Source: Candidatus Doudnabacteria bacterium RIFCSPHIGHO2_01_FULL_46_24 (GTDB lineage Bacteria > Patescibacteriota > Doudnabacteria > UBA920 > O2-02-FULL-48-8). Taken from it: a stretch of 64,000 nucleotides of DNA. The stretch spans positions 20,661-84,660 of the forward strand of contig MFEL01000010.1 of assembly GCA_001777575.1 (NCBI GenBank), in the 5' to 3' direction. Of the stretch, positions 11,661 to 21,950 are shown one piece after another; the stretch's first letter is position 1, and each line of letters opens with the position of its first letter. The position numbers and the translations under genes are program-made. The notes beneath the pieces were generated by a model. That model did not search any database, had not been told where the DNA came from, and saw nothing but the letters and a program-made list of their open reading frames with translations.

Positions 11661-12029
11661 ATGGCTCTAAATCTTACACTGAGAAAAGTATATCTTTATA
11701 TGTTCGCGATCGTCGGCCTTGTGCTTATTATCATCGGTGCGGTCAGCCTGATCAACCTGGGCCTGAAAACTTGGATTTTCACCAAAGCTGATGACGCTAT
11801 GTGTTATTATGGCCCAAGGTATGCGGCTCCTATGAAGGAGATTGGAACCACGGGACAAACCCAGGAAGAACTGGACCGCCAACGCGCGGAAGATGAACGC
11901 TATTGCAAAGAGGTCACCCGGCCGGCCCAGAAACAAACCCAGGCCGCCATGGCCATCGCCCAGCTGATCGTAGGCATTCCGCTGTTTGGCTATCACTGGA
12001 TGATTATACGCAAAGAAAACCAAATATAA
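11661..12029 (+). CDS. Hypothetical 2-TM membrane protein (DUF5671-like)
   Basis: RKVYLY....GL and LIVGIPLF.YHW. Confidence 0.7.
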   Translation: MALNLTLRKVYLYMFAIVGLVLIIIGAVSLINLGLKTWIFTKADDAMCYYGPRYAAPMKEIGTTGQTQEELDRQRAEDERYCKEVTRPAQKQTQAAMAIAQLIVGIPLFGYHWMIIRKENQI

Positions 12030-12082
12030 ATAGCTTAATTATTTTATTTCGAATTAACGGATTATGTCTTAAACTGCAATTC

Positions 12083-12104
12083 GCCTGCCTACCGGCAGGC
12101 AGGC
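12083..12104. repeat. Short palindrome GCCTGCCTACCGGCAGGCAGGC inside an AT-rich inverted repeat upstream of rplA
   Basis: Read directly from sequence. Confidence 0.65.
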
Positions 12105-12131
12105 AATCCGTAATTATTAAATATATCAAAT

Positions 12132-12764
12132 ATGGGCAAACGAATTGAGAACGCCAAGAAAGAAATAGATCTATCCACGCTTTATGAGCCCGCGGAGGCT
12201 ATCGCTTTGGCAAAAAAAACAGCCGGGACTAAATTCACAGGCAATGTGGAAGTTCATACGAGCCTTGGAATTGACCCCAAACAGACTGACCAAACGATTC
12301 GCGCTACGGTGTCCTTGCCGCACGGCACTGGCAAGACCAGAAAAATTGCCGTTTTCAAAGGTGCCGAGGGCGAGGAATTAATCAAAAAAATCAAAGAAAC
12401 CGGCCGGGTCGATTTTGACGTCGCAATCGCTGAGCCGGCTATGATGCCAAAACTGGCCCAAATCGCCAAAATCTTGGGACCGAAAGGCTTGATGCCTAAT
12501 CCAAAGTCAGGCACGGTCACACCGGACACTGCCAAGGCCGCCGAGGAATTCGCCACTGGCAAGATTGAATTCAAAAACGACGATTCCGGAAATGTCCACC
12601 TGATTCTGGGCAAAACCAATTTTGAAGACGAAAAACTTTTGGCCAACTTTCAAACTTTCATCGACGCATTGCGGTCAATCAGACCGGCAAGCCTCAAACG
12701 GGAGTTTATACTTTCAGTGGCCGTGCATGCCACGATGGGACCGTCGATTCGAGTAAAAATTTGA
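12132..12764 (+). CDS. rplA: 50S ribosomal protein L1 (short, 210 aa)
   Basis: LPHGTGK, LGPKGLMPNPKSGT, TMGPSI. Confidence 0.96.
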   Translation: MGKRIENAKKEIDLSTLYEPAEAIALAKKTAGTKFTGNVEVHTSLGIDPKQTDQTIRATVSLPHGTGKTRKIAVFKGAEGEELIKKIKETGRVDFDVAIAEPAMMPKLAQIAKILGPKGLMPNPKSGTVTPDTAKAAEEFATGKIEFKNDDSGNVHLILGKTNFEDEKLLANFQTFIDALRSIRPASLKREFILSVAVHATMGPSIRVKI

Positions 12765-12765
12765 A

Positions 12766-13443
12766 ATGAAAGAAGGTAAACTGATTGTCATAGACGGCAT
12801 TGACGGAGCCGGAAAGGCGACGCAAGTCGCTCTTTTAGTTAAGCGGCTCAAAAGGCGACGGATTAAGGCTCAAGGCCTGGACTTTCCCCAGTATGAGACA
12901 TTCTTTGGGCGCCTGGTCACAGAATATCTCAAAGGCGATTTCGGGACACTTGATCCAAAAGTAGCCTCACTTCTTTACGGGGCCAACCGCCTGGAATTTA
13001 AGGATAAAATTTCGAATTGGCTGAAGGGAGGTTATACGGTTGTGCTTAACCGGTACGTCAGTTCCAACCAAATCCACCAGGCGGCAAATATCGAGTCAAA
13101 AAAACAGCGCCGACTGTTTGTGAAATGGATTGCCAAGATGGAATACGGTAATTTCGGCCTGCCTATGCCAGATTTGATCTTGTTTCTCAATCTGCCTGCG
13201 GAAGTCTCGTACCAGCAGGTTCTCAAAAAAACGACCAAAGCCAGAAAATACATTGCCGGCACCAAGCGCGACATCCTGGAATCAGACCTCGAGCATCAGC
13301 GAAGGGCGCTAAAACAAGCCCATGAAGCCCTGAAATCCTACGGCCCCAAATCCAAAATCGTCGAGTGTTTCGACAAGCAACTTCTATCAAAACAGGAAAT
13401 CGGCGACAAAATTTGGCAGCACGTTTCTAAATTGATAAAATAG
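12766..13443 (+). CDS. tmk: Thymidylate kinase
   Basis: IDGIDGAGKATQ P-loop, NRYVSSN. Confidence 0.9.
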   Translation: MKEGKLIVIDGIDGAGKATQVALLVKRLKRRRIKAQGLDFPQYETFFGRLVTEYLKGDFGTLDPKVASLLYGANRLEFKDKISNWLKGGYTVVLNRYVSSNQIHQAANIESKKQRRLFVKWIAKMEYGNFGLPMPDLILFLNLPAEVSYQQVLKKTTKARKYIAGTKRDILESDLEHQRRALKQAHEALKSYGPKSKIVECFDKQLLSKQEIGDKIWQHVSKLIK

Positions 13444-13447
13444 TCGC

Positions 13448-14017
13448 ATGATCCTCTCGGATAAAGACATCAAAAAGGCTCTGGAAGCAGGGCGCATAAA
13501 AATCACGCCCGAGCCCAACCTGGAAGTCCAGCTCGGCTCGTGTTCCATTGACCTGCATCTCGGCGACAAATTCCGAGTGTTTAAGAATTCCAGCATTCCA
13601 TTTATTGATCTTCGTAAAAACATTGAGGTCGATCAGTTTATGGACGAGGTCGAAATAACTGACGACCGGCCGTTTATCATGCAGCCTGGCTCGTTTGCGC
13701 TGGCCAACACCATGGAATCACTCGAATTGGCCGATGATATTCTGGGACGCATCGAAGGTCGAAGCTCGCTTGGCCGACTTGGCATAATTGTCCACGGCAC
13801 AGCCTCGGTCTTTGATCCGGGCTGGATCGGCTACCCAACTATGGAACTTGGGAACTTAGGGACCCTACCGGTCGCGCTATATCCCGGGATGCGCATCTGC
13901 GCCTTCACTTTCGAGGAAGTTTCCAGTAAAGTCGACGTGCCTTACCGCAAAAAAAAGGGTAACAAATACGCCGGCCAAAAAACCCCTTTGGCCTCGAAAT
14001 TAAATCAAGAGATGTGA
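13448..14017 (+). CDS. dcd: dCTP deaminase
   Basis: MILSDKDI, EGRSSLGRLG, DPGW.G..TMELGN, KYAGQ. Confidence 0.93.
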   Translation: MILSDKDIKKALEAGRIKITPEPNLEVQLGSCSIDLHLGDKFRVFKNSSIPFIDLRKNIEVDQFMDEVEITDDRPFIMQPGSFALANTMESLELADDILGRIEGRSSLGRLGIIVHGTASVFDPGWIGYPTMELGNLGTLPVALYPGMRICAFTFEEVSSKVDVPYRKKKGNKYAGQKTPLASKLNQEM

Positions 14018-14694
14018 CGCAGAGCTATGAAATTGAAATCAAAAGTTTGCTGGGAAGCAGGGAAGCGGCTGAAATATTAGTTGAAAAAATGCGAGCTAGC
14101 GGCGTAAACTTCCTGGAATTCGGCTCGCATAAACAGCTTAACCATTACTTTACAACAGGCAATACTGCCTTACTGCACAGTAATACAGTGAAATATCTGC
14201 CTGAGGGGCAAAAAATCCAATTCAAAAGCATCTGCGATAATGCGACTGAATTTTCCTTAAGGACACGACAAGCGGACAAGGACGTAATGCTTGTCATCAA
14301 GGCCTCAGTTGATGACACGACGAGCTCAAACGGCACAGCGCGCATGGAATTTGAAGCAAAAACTCCCGATTTATCCCTGGATCAGTTGGATAACCTTGTG
14401 CTTAAATCCGGTTTTGGATACCAAGCTAAATGGTCGAGGGAACGACGGGAGTTCAAATACAAAGGCTTAAACGTCACGATTGATAAAAACGCGGGCTACG
14501 GCTATTTGGCAGAGTTTGAGGCGCAGATCACAGACCCGAACATGATAGACACGACCAAAGCCATGATCAGGGGAGTGATGGACGAGCTTGGCACTCCAGA
14601 GCTGACGCAAGAACGACTCGAGCGCATGTTTGCTTTTTATAACGCCAATTGGGAAGATTATTACGGCACAGAAAAAACCTTTACAATCGATTAG
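14014..14694 (+). CDS. CYTH (triphosphate tunnel metalloenzyme) domain protein
   Basis: N-terminal EIEIK (ExExK), R.EFE, GYLAEFE. Confidence 0.75.
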   Translation: MTQSYEIEIKSLLGSREAAEILVEKMRASGVNFLEFGSHKQLNHYFTTGNTALLHSNTVKYLPEGQKIQFKSICDNATEFSLRTRQADKDVMLVIKASVDDTTSSNGTARMEFEAKTPDLSLDQLDNLVLKSGFGYQAKWSRERREFKYKGLNVTIDKNAGYGYLAEFEAQITDPNMIDTTKAMIRGVMDELGTPELTQERLERMFAFYNANWEDYYGTEKTFTID

Positions 14695-14696
14695 CT

Positions 14697-15686
14697 ATGC
14701 AGCATCCGGAACAACAATATCTTGACCTGCTCAAGGACATCCTGAAAAATGGCTCGGACAAGCCTTTATTTTTTACGCCCGAAGTTTTGGCTCAATACAA
14801 AAAAAAAGGCCAGGAGCCGCCTTTTATCCGCTCGGTCTTCGGCCGGATAATGCGTTTTGACCTCTCAAAAAATTTTCCGCTTCTGACCACAAAAAAAGTT
14901 TTCACGCGGGGAATAATTCATGAATTACTGTGGTTTTTATCCGGCAGCTCGAATATCAAATATCTAGTGGATAATGACGTTCACATTTGGGACGATTGGG
15001 CTTGGAAGCGATATCACAAAATCGCCTTAACCGGCGCGCATCCGGACATAGCCCAGGAAGAATTCATTGCCAAGCTCAAATCCGAATCTTCTGACAGCGA
15101 ATTTGTAAAAACTTGGGGCGACCTAATCACGGTTTATGGAAGAATGTGGCGACGGTGGCCGGCTTCGGACGGCAGGGAAATCGACCAACTCGGTTGGATC
15201 ATTGAGGGCTTAAAAACCAAGCCTTACAGAAAATCTTACGTCTTATCCGCCTGGAATCCGGATTTTATATACCAAATGGCGTCCAAAGGCAATTCTAACG
15301 AAGTACCGCCGTTTTGCCACACCACCTTTCAGTTCGCAGTGGTTAATGGCAAACTGAATTGCGGCATGTTCCAGCGAAGCGGCGACTTGTTTCTTGGCGT
15401 GCCCTTCAACATCGCGAGCTATAGTTTGCTGACCTTGATGATTTCCCAAATCACCGGTATCCCTGTCGGCGAGCTCGTCCACTTTTTCGGGGACGTCCAT
15501 ATTTATTCCAATCACTTTGACGCAGTCAAAACGCAGCTGGCCAGAGAACCGAAATCATGGCCGAGCATGAAATTAAACCCGGAAAGAAAGAATATTAATG
15601 AATTCAGACTGGAAGATTTTACTCTGGAAAACTACAACCCGCACCCGGCCATTAAAGCCGAGATAGCCAACATCGGAGGTTTTTGA
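14697..15686 (+). CDS. thyA: Thymidylate synthase
   Basis: FPLLTTKK, ELLWFL.G, PPFCH, QRSGDLFLGVPFNIASY, HIY.NH. Confidence 0.95.
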   Translation: MQHPEQQYLDLLKDILKNGSDKPLFFTPEVLAQYKKKGQEPPFIRSVFGRIMRFDLSKNFPLLTTKKVFTRGIIHELLWFLSGSSNIKYLVDNDVHIWDDWAWKRYHKIALTGAHPDIAQEEFIAKLKSESSDSEFVKTWGDLITVYGRMWRRWPASDGREIDQLGWIIEGLKTKPYRKSYVLSAWNPDFIYQMASKGNSNEVPPFCHTTFQFAVVNGKLNCGMFQRSGDLFLGVPFNIASYSLLTLMISQITGIPVGELVHFFGDVHIYSNHFDAVKTQLAREPKSWPSMKLNPERKNINEFRLEDFTLENYNPHPAIKAEIANIGGF

Positions 15687-16369
15687 TGATCAAGCTCGTA
15701 GCGTTTGACTGGAACGGAACGATATTGTCTGACGCGGCAGCAGTGTCGCGCGCGGATAGTGCGACCGCAAAGCATTTCGGATTCAGCGGCGGGACCATTG
15801 AGGAATACCGTGCAACTTTCACTATTCCAATCCGCAATTATTGGATTGCACGCGGGTTTGACCTGAAATTCTTTGACCGCAATGCCGAAAAAATCCATAA
15901 ATATTTCCTGAACCAGTATGAACCGCTGGAAGATGTCTGCCGCTCTCGGGCCGGAACCAGACCGATTCTCGCTTGGCTGCGAAAGATGCGCATTAAATCA
16001 GTCATTTACAGTAACCACATAATCCCACACATTGAAAAGCAGCTTTGGCGGCTTGAACTTCATGGATATGTAGATAAAATAATGGCGCGTCCGACATCGG
16101 ATGACCATTCACACATGCACAACCGGTTTAAGCAGTTGAAACTATATGACTATGTTAAGAAGTTCAAGTTAAAGCCAAAAGAGGTGCTCCTGGTGGGCGA
16201 TACTGTGGAAGAAATAGAAAATGCCAAATATTACGGATATTATTCTGTAGCATTGACAGGCGGCCACAACAGCACCGTCAGACTCCGCGCCGTCAATCCG
16301 GATTTTCTCATCGACAACCTTAACGAGCTAAAAGTGATTATCCCAGGCCTAAGCAGACAGCGCCTCTAA
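15686..16369 (+). CDS. HAD-family hydrolase/phosphatase
   Basis: FDWNGT motif I, VGDT motif IV. Confidence 0.85.
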   Translation: MIKLVAFDWNGTILSDAAAVSRADSATAKHFGFSGGTIEEYRATFTIPIRNYWIARGFDLKFFDRNAEKIHKYFLNQYEPLEDVCRSRAGTRPILAWLRKMRIKSVIYSNHIIPHIEKQLWRLELHGYVDKIMARPTSDDHSHMHNRFKQLKLYDYVKKFKLKPKEVLLVGDTVEEIENAKYYGYYSVALTGGHNSTVRLRAVNPDFLIDNLNELKVIIPGLSRQRL

Positions 16370-16428
16370 TACTCTACTGCTTCAGTGCAGTGAAGTAATT
16401 GTATCATTTATCCTGACAGAAAAAATCT

Positions 16429-16917
16429 ATGAAAATATCCATTGTTGTCGCGGTGGCGAAAAACGGTGTGATCGGGAAGAGCAATGATTTGCCCTTTTAC
16501 ATTCCCGAAGATTTGAAGCACTTCAAAAAGGTCACGGACGGTCATACGGTGCTTATGGGCAAGAAAACCTACGACTCCATTATCAACCGCCTGGGCAAGC
16601 CCTTGCCGAATCGCCGCAGTGTGGTCATCACCAGACAGACTGATTTTCAAGCGCCTGATGGCGTCTTGGTTTTTCACGACCTCAATCAAGCGCTCGCAGC
16701 GCTCGAAATAGATACGGACGTACTGATGGTCATCGGCGGCGGCCAGATCTTTAAGCAGTTTGCAGATATGGGAAAAGTTGATAAAATATACATGACTCAC
16801 GTGCATCGAGAAGTTGACGGTGACGTCAAATTTCCGGATATTGATTTGTCGAAATGGCGGAAAATCAGTGAAGAGCCGCACGAGCAATTCACGTGGGTAG
16901 AATATGAAAAGAGTTGA
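16429..16917 (+). CDS. folA: Dihydrofolate reductase
   Basis: VIG..NDLP, DLKHFK, MGKKTY, PLPNR, IGGGQI. Confidence 0.95.
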   Translation: MKISIVVAVAKNGVIGKSNDLPFYIPEDLKHFKKVTDGHTVLMGKKTYDSIINRLGKPLPNRRSVVITRQTDFQAPDGVLVFHDLNQALAALEIDTDVLMVIGGGQIFKQFADMGKVDKIYMTHVHREVDGDVKFPDIDLSKWRKISEEPHEQFTWVEYEKS

Positions 16918-16919
16918 AT

Positions 16920-16987
16920 GTTTATAAAGTTCTGAGTTCTAAGTTTGTAAAGTCAAAAGCAACTTTATGAACTCAGAACTTAGAACT
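16920..16987. repeat. AGTTCT/AGAACT heptad inverted-repeat element, copy 1 (upstream of prfB)
   Basis: Near-identical to 59210-59272 and to the reverse complement of 20234-20286. Confidence 0.85.
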
Positions 16988-16993
16988 AAATCT

Positions 16994-18095
16994 ATGGACA
17001 TTCAAGAGCTGATCAAGAACATCGAACAGCTCCAAGGCGATGCCGAGGCCTTGAAGGAGCACCTTTGAGCTGCCTCAAAATAAACAAAAAATTCTAGAGA
17101 TAGAAGACCGGATGTCAGCCCCTGATTTCTGGTCTGACCCTGCCAGGGCCAAAATCGTAGCCCAAGAATTAGATCGGGTTAAAACTGAGGTGTCAGGATG
17201 GGAAAAATTCGAGCAGGACTTGGCAGAGCTGGCAGGAATGGCTGAAATGGCTCTAAAAGAACAGGATAAAGCCCTGGAAGCCGACCTAATGGCAAAATTT
17301 GGCGATTTAAGAGGCCTATTCGAGCACTTGCGCCTTTCGACCTTTTTGAGCCAAAAATACGATAAAAACAACGCTTTTTTGTCCATCCACGCCGGCGCTG
17401 GGGGAGTGGACGCCCAGGACTGGGCCGAGATGCTGTTGCGCATGTATTTGCGGTTCGCGGAAAAAGAAAAATTCAAGGCATTGGTGGTTGACGAAAGTCG
17501 GGGCTCAGAGGCTGGCATAAAAAGCGCAGTGCTGGAAATTTCCGGCGCATATGCCTATGGTTACCTTAAAAGCGAAGCTGGCGTACACCGCCTGGTCCGG
17601 CTGTCGCCGTATAATCCTGCGCATACGCGCGAGACGTCTTTTGCGCTCGTCGAAGTCCTTCCAGCCATTGAGCAAGAGGAATACAAACTTAACCTAAGCG
17701 ATATTGAGATAGAAGCCAAAACTTCGCGGGGCCACGGCGGTCAAAGCGTCAACACGACTTACTCTGCGATAAGAGCGACCCACATCCCGACCGGAATCAC
17801 GGTTACCATCCAGAACGAACGCAGTCAAGCGCAAAACAAACAACAAGCCTTAAAAATTATATCGTCAAAACTCGCCGCTTTGGAAGAAGAAAAACAGCGC
17901 CAAGAGAAATTGGCCCTGCGCGGCGAGTTTCAGTCTGCCGAATGGGGCAATCAGATCCGATCTTATGTCCTTCACCCCTACAAACTAGTCAAAGACCACC
18001 GCACCGGCTTTGAGACCTCTGACGCCGAGTCTATTTTGGACGGAGAATTGGAGGAATTCATCAAGTCATATCTCGAGCATACGAAACAAAAGTAA
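16994..18095 (+). CDS. prfB: Peptide chain release factor 2 with programmed +1 frameshift
   Basis: ATG 16994; internal SD AGGAG then CTT TGA at 17063-17068; +1 frame joins the ORF with AQDWAEML, SPY and GGQ. Confidence 0.95.
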
Positions 18096-18112
18096 TCTGT
18101 TATAATTAGATC

Positions 18113-18790
18113 ATGATCAAATTCGACAAGGTCACAAAGGCTTACGGAAAAATTGCCGCGCTCAAAGACATAAGCATCGGCATCCAAAAAGGCGAATTTT
18201 TGTCTGTAGTCGGCCAGTCCGGCGCTGGGAAATCAACCTTGATTAAATTAATCATCGGTGAAGAGCGCCCGGATTCAGGACGCATTTTGATCGATGACAT
18301 TGATGTGGCCAAAATCCGATCATCCGACATTCCTTATCTTCGGCGCAAGATCGGCGTGGTCTTCCAGGACATCAAACTTCTGCCCAGCAGGACCGCTTTT
18401 GAAAATGTCGCCTTTGCATTGGAAGTATCCGGCGAGAAAGAATCTAAAATCAAAACCGAAGTTCCTAAAATCCTGGAACTGGTCGGGCTTTCTGACAAAA
18501 CCGATGCTTTCCCCAACGAAATGTCCGGCGGTGAGAAGCAGCGCGTGGCAATCGCGCGGGCTTTGGCACACAAGCCGGTGCTGCTTTTGGCTGACGAACC
18601 GACCGGGAACCTCGACTCCATCAACGCCTGGGAGATTATCCAGGTGCTTTTGAAAATCAACAGCAAAGGTACAACTGTAGTTCTGGCCACTCACGCCAAG
18701 GACTTGGTCAACTCAATCAAAAAGCGCGTTGTGACGATTGAGAAAGGCCAGGTTGTTTACGATCAGGAAAAAGGGAAATACGTCCTATGA
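18113..18790 (+). CDS. ftsE: Cell division ATP-binding protein FtsE
   Basis: GQSGAGKST, LRRKIGVVFQD, SGGEKQR, ADEPTGNLD; next to ftsX. Confidence 0.93.
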   Translation: MIKFDKVTKAYGKIAALKDISIGIQKGEFLSVVGQSGAGKSTLIKLIIGEERPDSGRILIDDIDVAKIRSSDIPYLRRKIGVVFQDIKLLPSRTAFENVAFALEVSGEKESKIKTEVPKILELVGLSDKTDAFPNEMSGGEKQRVAIARALAHKPVLLLADEPTGNLDSINAWEIIQVLLKINSKGTTVVLATHAKDLVNSIKKRVVTIEKGQVVYDQEKGKYVL

Positions 18791-19707
18791 ATTTTTCAAC
18801 ATTTAACAGGCTGATCAGATCAGGCAGTACCAATTTTTTACGCAACCTTGGGGTGTCGCTTTCAGCCACCGCGATTATGGTTGTGACACTGTTCATTATC
18901 TCCACCGTACTGGTGCTTTATGCGCTGACTGACCTCTCGCTCAACAATGCCCGAGACCGCGTCGGGATCTCGGTCTACTTCAGCGACTCCGCGTCGACTG
19001 AAGAAATAGGCAGCGCCCGCGAGCAAATCCAAGCTTATCCCGGAGTCCGCTCCATAACTTTCACGTCCAAGGAACAAGCCCGTGACCGCTACATCGAACG
19101 GAACAAGAACCGGCCGCGCGCACTGGAGGCGCTTAAAGAACTGGACCGCGATACTGACCCGTTTCCCAATTCTCTGGCCATAACCGCGGATGAATTTTCA
19201 AATTACGAGAGCATCGTCAATTACATCAAAAGCGATCGATTTAAGTCGTATCTTTTGGAAGATGGCGTGCGTGACAACCGTAAAATCATTGACCGCTTGT
19301 CGCGCTTAACCGACGTGGTTAGGCAATTGGGGATAGCCCTAACCGTGGTATTCATCGCCGTCACCATCATGGTCATGTTCAACACCATCAGGCTGACTAT
19401 CTACAACCGGCGCGAAGAAGTGGAAATCATGCGCCTGGTCGGGGCGACCAACTGGTACATTCGCATGCCTTTCATCATCGAGTCGATCATTTATGCCTTA
19501 TTGGCGACCTTTATCACATCACTGGCGATGCTCCTGCTGCTTTCACTGACCTCCTCCCGGATTGAAACCTTTTTGGACCTCAAAAACTTAGGCGGCAATC
19601 TCATTCGGGGCATCTTTCCTTATTTGGTCGTGATAAACCTGTTTACCGGAATCGCGCTGGGGGTCATCGCCTCGACTATTGCCATGCGCCGTTACCTTAA
19701 GATATAA
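18787..19707 (+). CDS. ftsX: Cell division permease FtsX
   Basis: NTIRLTIYNRREEVEIMRLVGAT.WYIR.PF. Confidence 0.93.
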   Translation: MNFSTFNRLIRSGSTNFLRNLGVSLSATAIMVVTLFIISTVLVLYALTDLSLNNARDRVGISVYFSDSASTEEIGSAREQIQAYPGVRSITFTSKEQARDRYIERNKNRPRALEALKELDRDTDPFPNSLAITADEFSNYESIVNYIKSDRFKSYLLEDGVRDNRKIIDRLSRLTDVVRQLGIALTVVFIAVTIMVMFNTIRLTIYNRREEVEIMRLVGATNWYIRMPFIIESIIYALLATFITSLAMLLLLSLTSSRIETFLDLKNLGGNLIRGIFPYLVVINLFTGIALGVIASTIAMRRYLKI

Positions 19708-19717
19708 TAGTTATGAA

Positions 19718-19817
19718 TCCCGTTAGAAATTCACTTTCAAGTTTTTTTAGCATGAATTTGTTTTATGAAATGGGCCAGGGTAAACAGCGTTCACAGCAAT
19801 TAAATTTCTAAACGGGA
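19718..19817 (+). mobile_element. 100-bp TIR-bounded MITE-like element, copy A (at rplI start, TGAA duplication)
   Basis: ATGAA[TCCCGTTAGAAATT...AATTTCTAAACGGGA]TGAA. Confidence 0.75.
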
Positions 19818-20242
19818 TGAAAATCATCCTAACCAAGGACGTTCCGGGATTTGGCAGAGCCGGAGAAATCAAGGAGGCCAGCGACGGCTATGCCCGAAAT
19901 TTTCTGCTCCGCAGACGCTTGGCGCTGCCTGCAACCGCTGAACTTCTTGCCAAGGTGCAGATTGAAGAACAGACGCGCCAAAACAGGCTAAAAGAACAGG
20001 AAGAATCAGCCGGGGCACTTAAATACAAACTGGAAGCGAAAACATTCGTCGTTAAAGCCAAAGCAAACAAGGACAGGCTATTTGCGGCCATTCATGAAAA
20101 AAACATTGCTGCGGCAACCGGTTTGGATGCGAAGCAGATTGTCATAAGTGAACCGATCAAAACTTTGGGCATGCACGAAGTAGAAGCCAAACTGTTTGAG
20201 AATATTAAAGCTAAAATTAAAATTAGCGTCGAAAGTTTATAA
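19817..20242 (+). CDS. rplI: 50S ribosomal protein L9
   Basis: [13 protein letters not shown]....GYARNFL, IKTLG. Confidence 0.95.
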   Translation: MKIILTKDVPGFGRAGEIKEASDGYARNFLLRRRLALPATAELLAKVQIEEQTRQNRLKEQEESAGALKYKLEAKTFVVKAKANKDRLFAAIHEKNIAAATGLDAKQIVISEPIKTLGMHEVEAKLFENIKAKIKISVESL

Positions 20243-20286
20243 AGTTACTTTTGACTTTACTCACTTAGAACTCAGAACTTAGAACT
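20234..20286. repeat. AGAACT heptad element, copy 2 (abuts pyrG ATG)
   Basis: CTTAGAACTCAGAACTTAGAACT-ATG. Confidence 0.8.
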
Positions 20287-21918
20287 ATGCTTAAGAATAA
20301 GCGAAGCACTAAATACATCTTTGTTTCCGGCGGCGTCATTTCCGGTCTTGGTAAAGGCATCACCGCGGCATCCATTGCCGCTATTTTAAAAAGCAAAGGC
20401 TTCAAAGTTTCCCCTGTGAAAGTTGACATGTACCTGAATTTCGATGCCGGCACCATCCGCCCGCAGGAGCACGGGGAAGTTTTTGTCACGGACGATGGGG
20501 TAGAGACCGACCAAGATTTGGGCCACTATGAGCGTTTTTTGGACACCGACCTTTCCAAAGTCAACTACATTACCACTGGACAAGTTTATTCCGAAGTTCT
20601 GCGCCGCGAGCGCGCCTTTGAATACGACGGTGAGGATGTGGAAGCCATCCCGCACATCACAGACGAAATCATCCGCCGGTTCAAGCTCGCCGGCAAAAAC
20701 GCCGATTTTGTCATTATTGAGCTGGGCGGCACGGTCGGCGAGTATCAAAACGCGATTTTTTTCGAGGCCTCCCGATTGATGAAATTGCGAAACCCCAATG
20801 ACATCTTGCAGGTACACGTCGCGTATCTGCCAATACCCGGAAATTTAGGCGAGATGAAATCCAAACCAGTCCAGCAGTCAGTCCGGCTGCTAAACTCCAT
20901 GGGCATTGAGCCGGATTTTATTGTGGCCCGCGCTTCCTACCCGGTGGACGACCGACGCAAAGAGCGGATAGCGCTTTTTTGCAATGTCAAAAAAGAGGAT
21001 GTCATTTCCAATCCTGATGTGCCGTCCATTTACGAAGTGCCGCTAATTCTGCAACAGCAGAAGTTAGGAGAGAAAATTCTGGCCAAACTGGGCTTGTCGC
21101 CGGGCAAAAAAGACCTTTCCCCCTGGAAGAGACTAGCCAGGGTCTTCAAAACCGTTCGCAAAGAAGTCAGAATCGCAGTGGTCGGTAAATATTTTGCCAC
21201 CGGCGATTATCATTTGTCAGACGTATACGTCTCCATTATCGAAGCCCTGAAGGCCGCGTCGTGGGCGAACAAGGTCAAGCCCAAGCTAGTTTGGTTTGAT
21301 TCGGAAAAATTGGAAAAAACCGGCGCCGAAGTCCTTAAGAGTTTTGATGGTATTGTCATTACCCCCGGATTCGGAAAAAGGGGAGTGGAAGGGCTCATCC
21401 AAGCCATCACCTATGCCCGCACTAAAAAAATTCCGTATTTAGGGCTGTGCTACGGCATGCAAATGGCCACGATTGAATTCGCCAGAAACGTTTTGGGGCT
21501 CAAAGGCGCCCACACCACCGAGGTAGACCCAAAAACGCCGCATCCGATAATCCACATTATGCCAGACCAGGAAAAGAAACTTTTGAAAAAAGATTACGGC
21601 GCCTCTATGCGCTTAGGAGCCTGGCCGTGCAACCTTAGGGAGGGCACGCTAGCTTATAAAGCTTACGGCGAGAAAAAAATCCTGGAGCGCCACCGCCACC
21701 GCTATGAATTTAACAACAAGTACCGCAAACAATTCGAAGCTAAAGGCTTCATCTTCTCCGGCACCACGCCTGACGGCCTGCTGATTGAGATTATAGAACT
21801 CAAAGATCACCCCTTCTTCGTCGGCACCCAATTCCACCCTGAATTCAAATCCCGCCCGTTAAATCCCGGCCCCTTGTTCAAAGAATTCATCAAAGCCGCG
21901 GTTAAAAATAAAAAATAA
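20287..21918 (+). CDS. pyrG: CTP synthase
   Basis: GGVISGLGKGI, HGEVFVTDDG, GLCYGMQ, ERHRHRYE, QFHPEF. Confidence 0.97.
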   Translation: MLKNKRSTKYIFVSGGVISGLGKGITAASIAAILKSKGFKVSPVKVDMYLNFDAGTIRPQEHGEVFVTDDGVETDQDLGHYERFLDTDLSKVNYITTGQVYSEVLRRERAFEYDGEDVEAIPHITDEIIRRFKLAGKNADFVIIELGGTVGEYQNAIFFEASRLMKLRNPNDILQVHVAYLPIPGNLGEMKSKPVQQSVRLLNSMGIEPDFIVARASYPVDDRRKERIALFCNVKKEDVISNPDVPSIYEVPLILQQQKLGEKILAKLGLSPGKKDLSPWKRLARVFKTVRKEVRIAVVGKYFATGDYHLSDVYVSIIEALKAASWANKVKPKLVWFDSEKLEKTGAEVLKSFDGIVITPGFGKRGVEGLIQAITYARTKKIPYLGLCYGMQMATIEFARNVLGLKGAHTTEVDPKTPHPIIHIMPDQEKKLLKKDYGASMRLGAWPCNLREGTLAYKAYGEKKILERHRHRYEFNNKYRKQFEAKGFIFSGTTPDGLLIEIIELKDHPFFVGTQFHPEFKSRPLNPGPLFKEFIKAAVKNKK

Positions 21919-21950
21919 ACGGTTGGGCGCAGTCCTTAATGGCTTCTATT

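Noticed and set aside
19713-19811. 32-aa upstream ORF (MNPVRNS...) as a leader peptide for rplI
   Set aside because: It arises from the element end; the equivalent ORF in copy D stops after 9 codons, so the peptide is not conserved.
19718-19817. Integron attC interpretation of GTTAGAA...TTCTAAC ends
   Set aside because: Core-site order is opposite to attC (RYYYAAC...GTTRRRY), there are no inner L boxes, and no integrase or cassette array is present.
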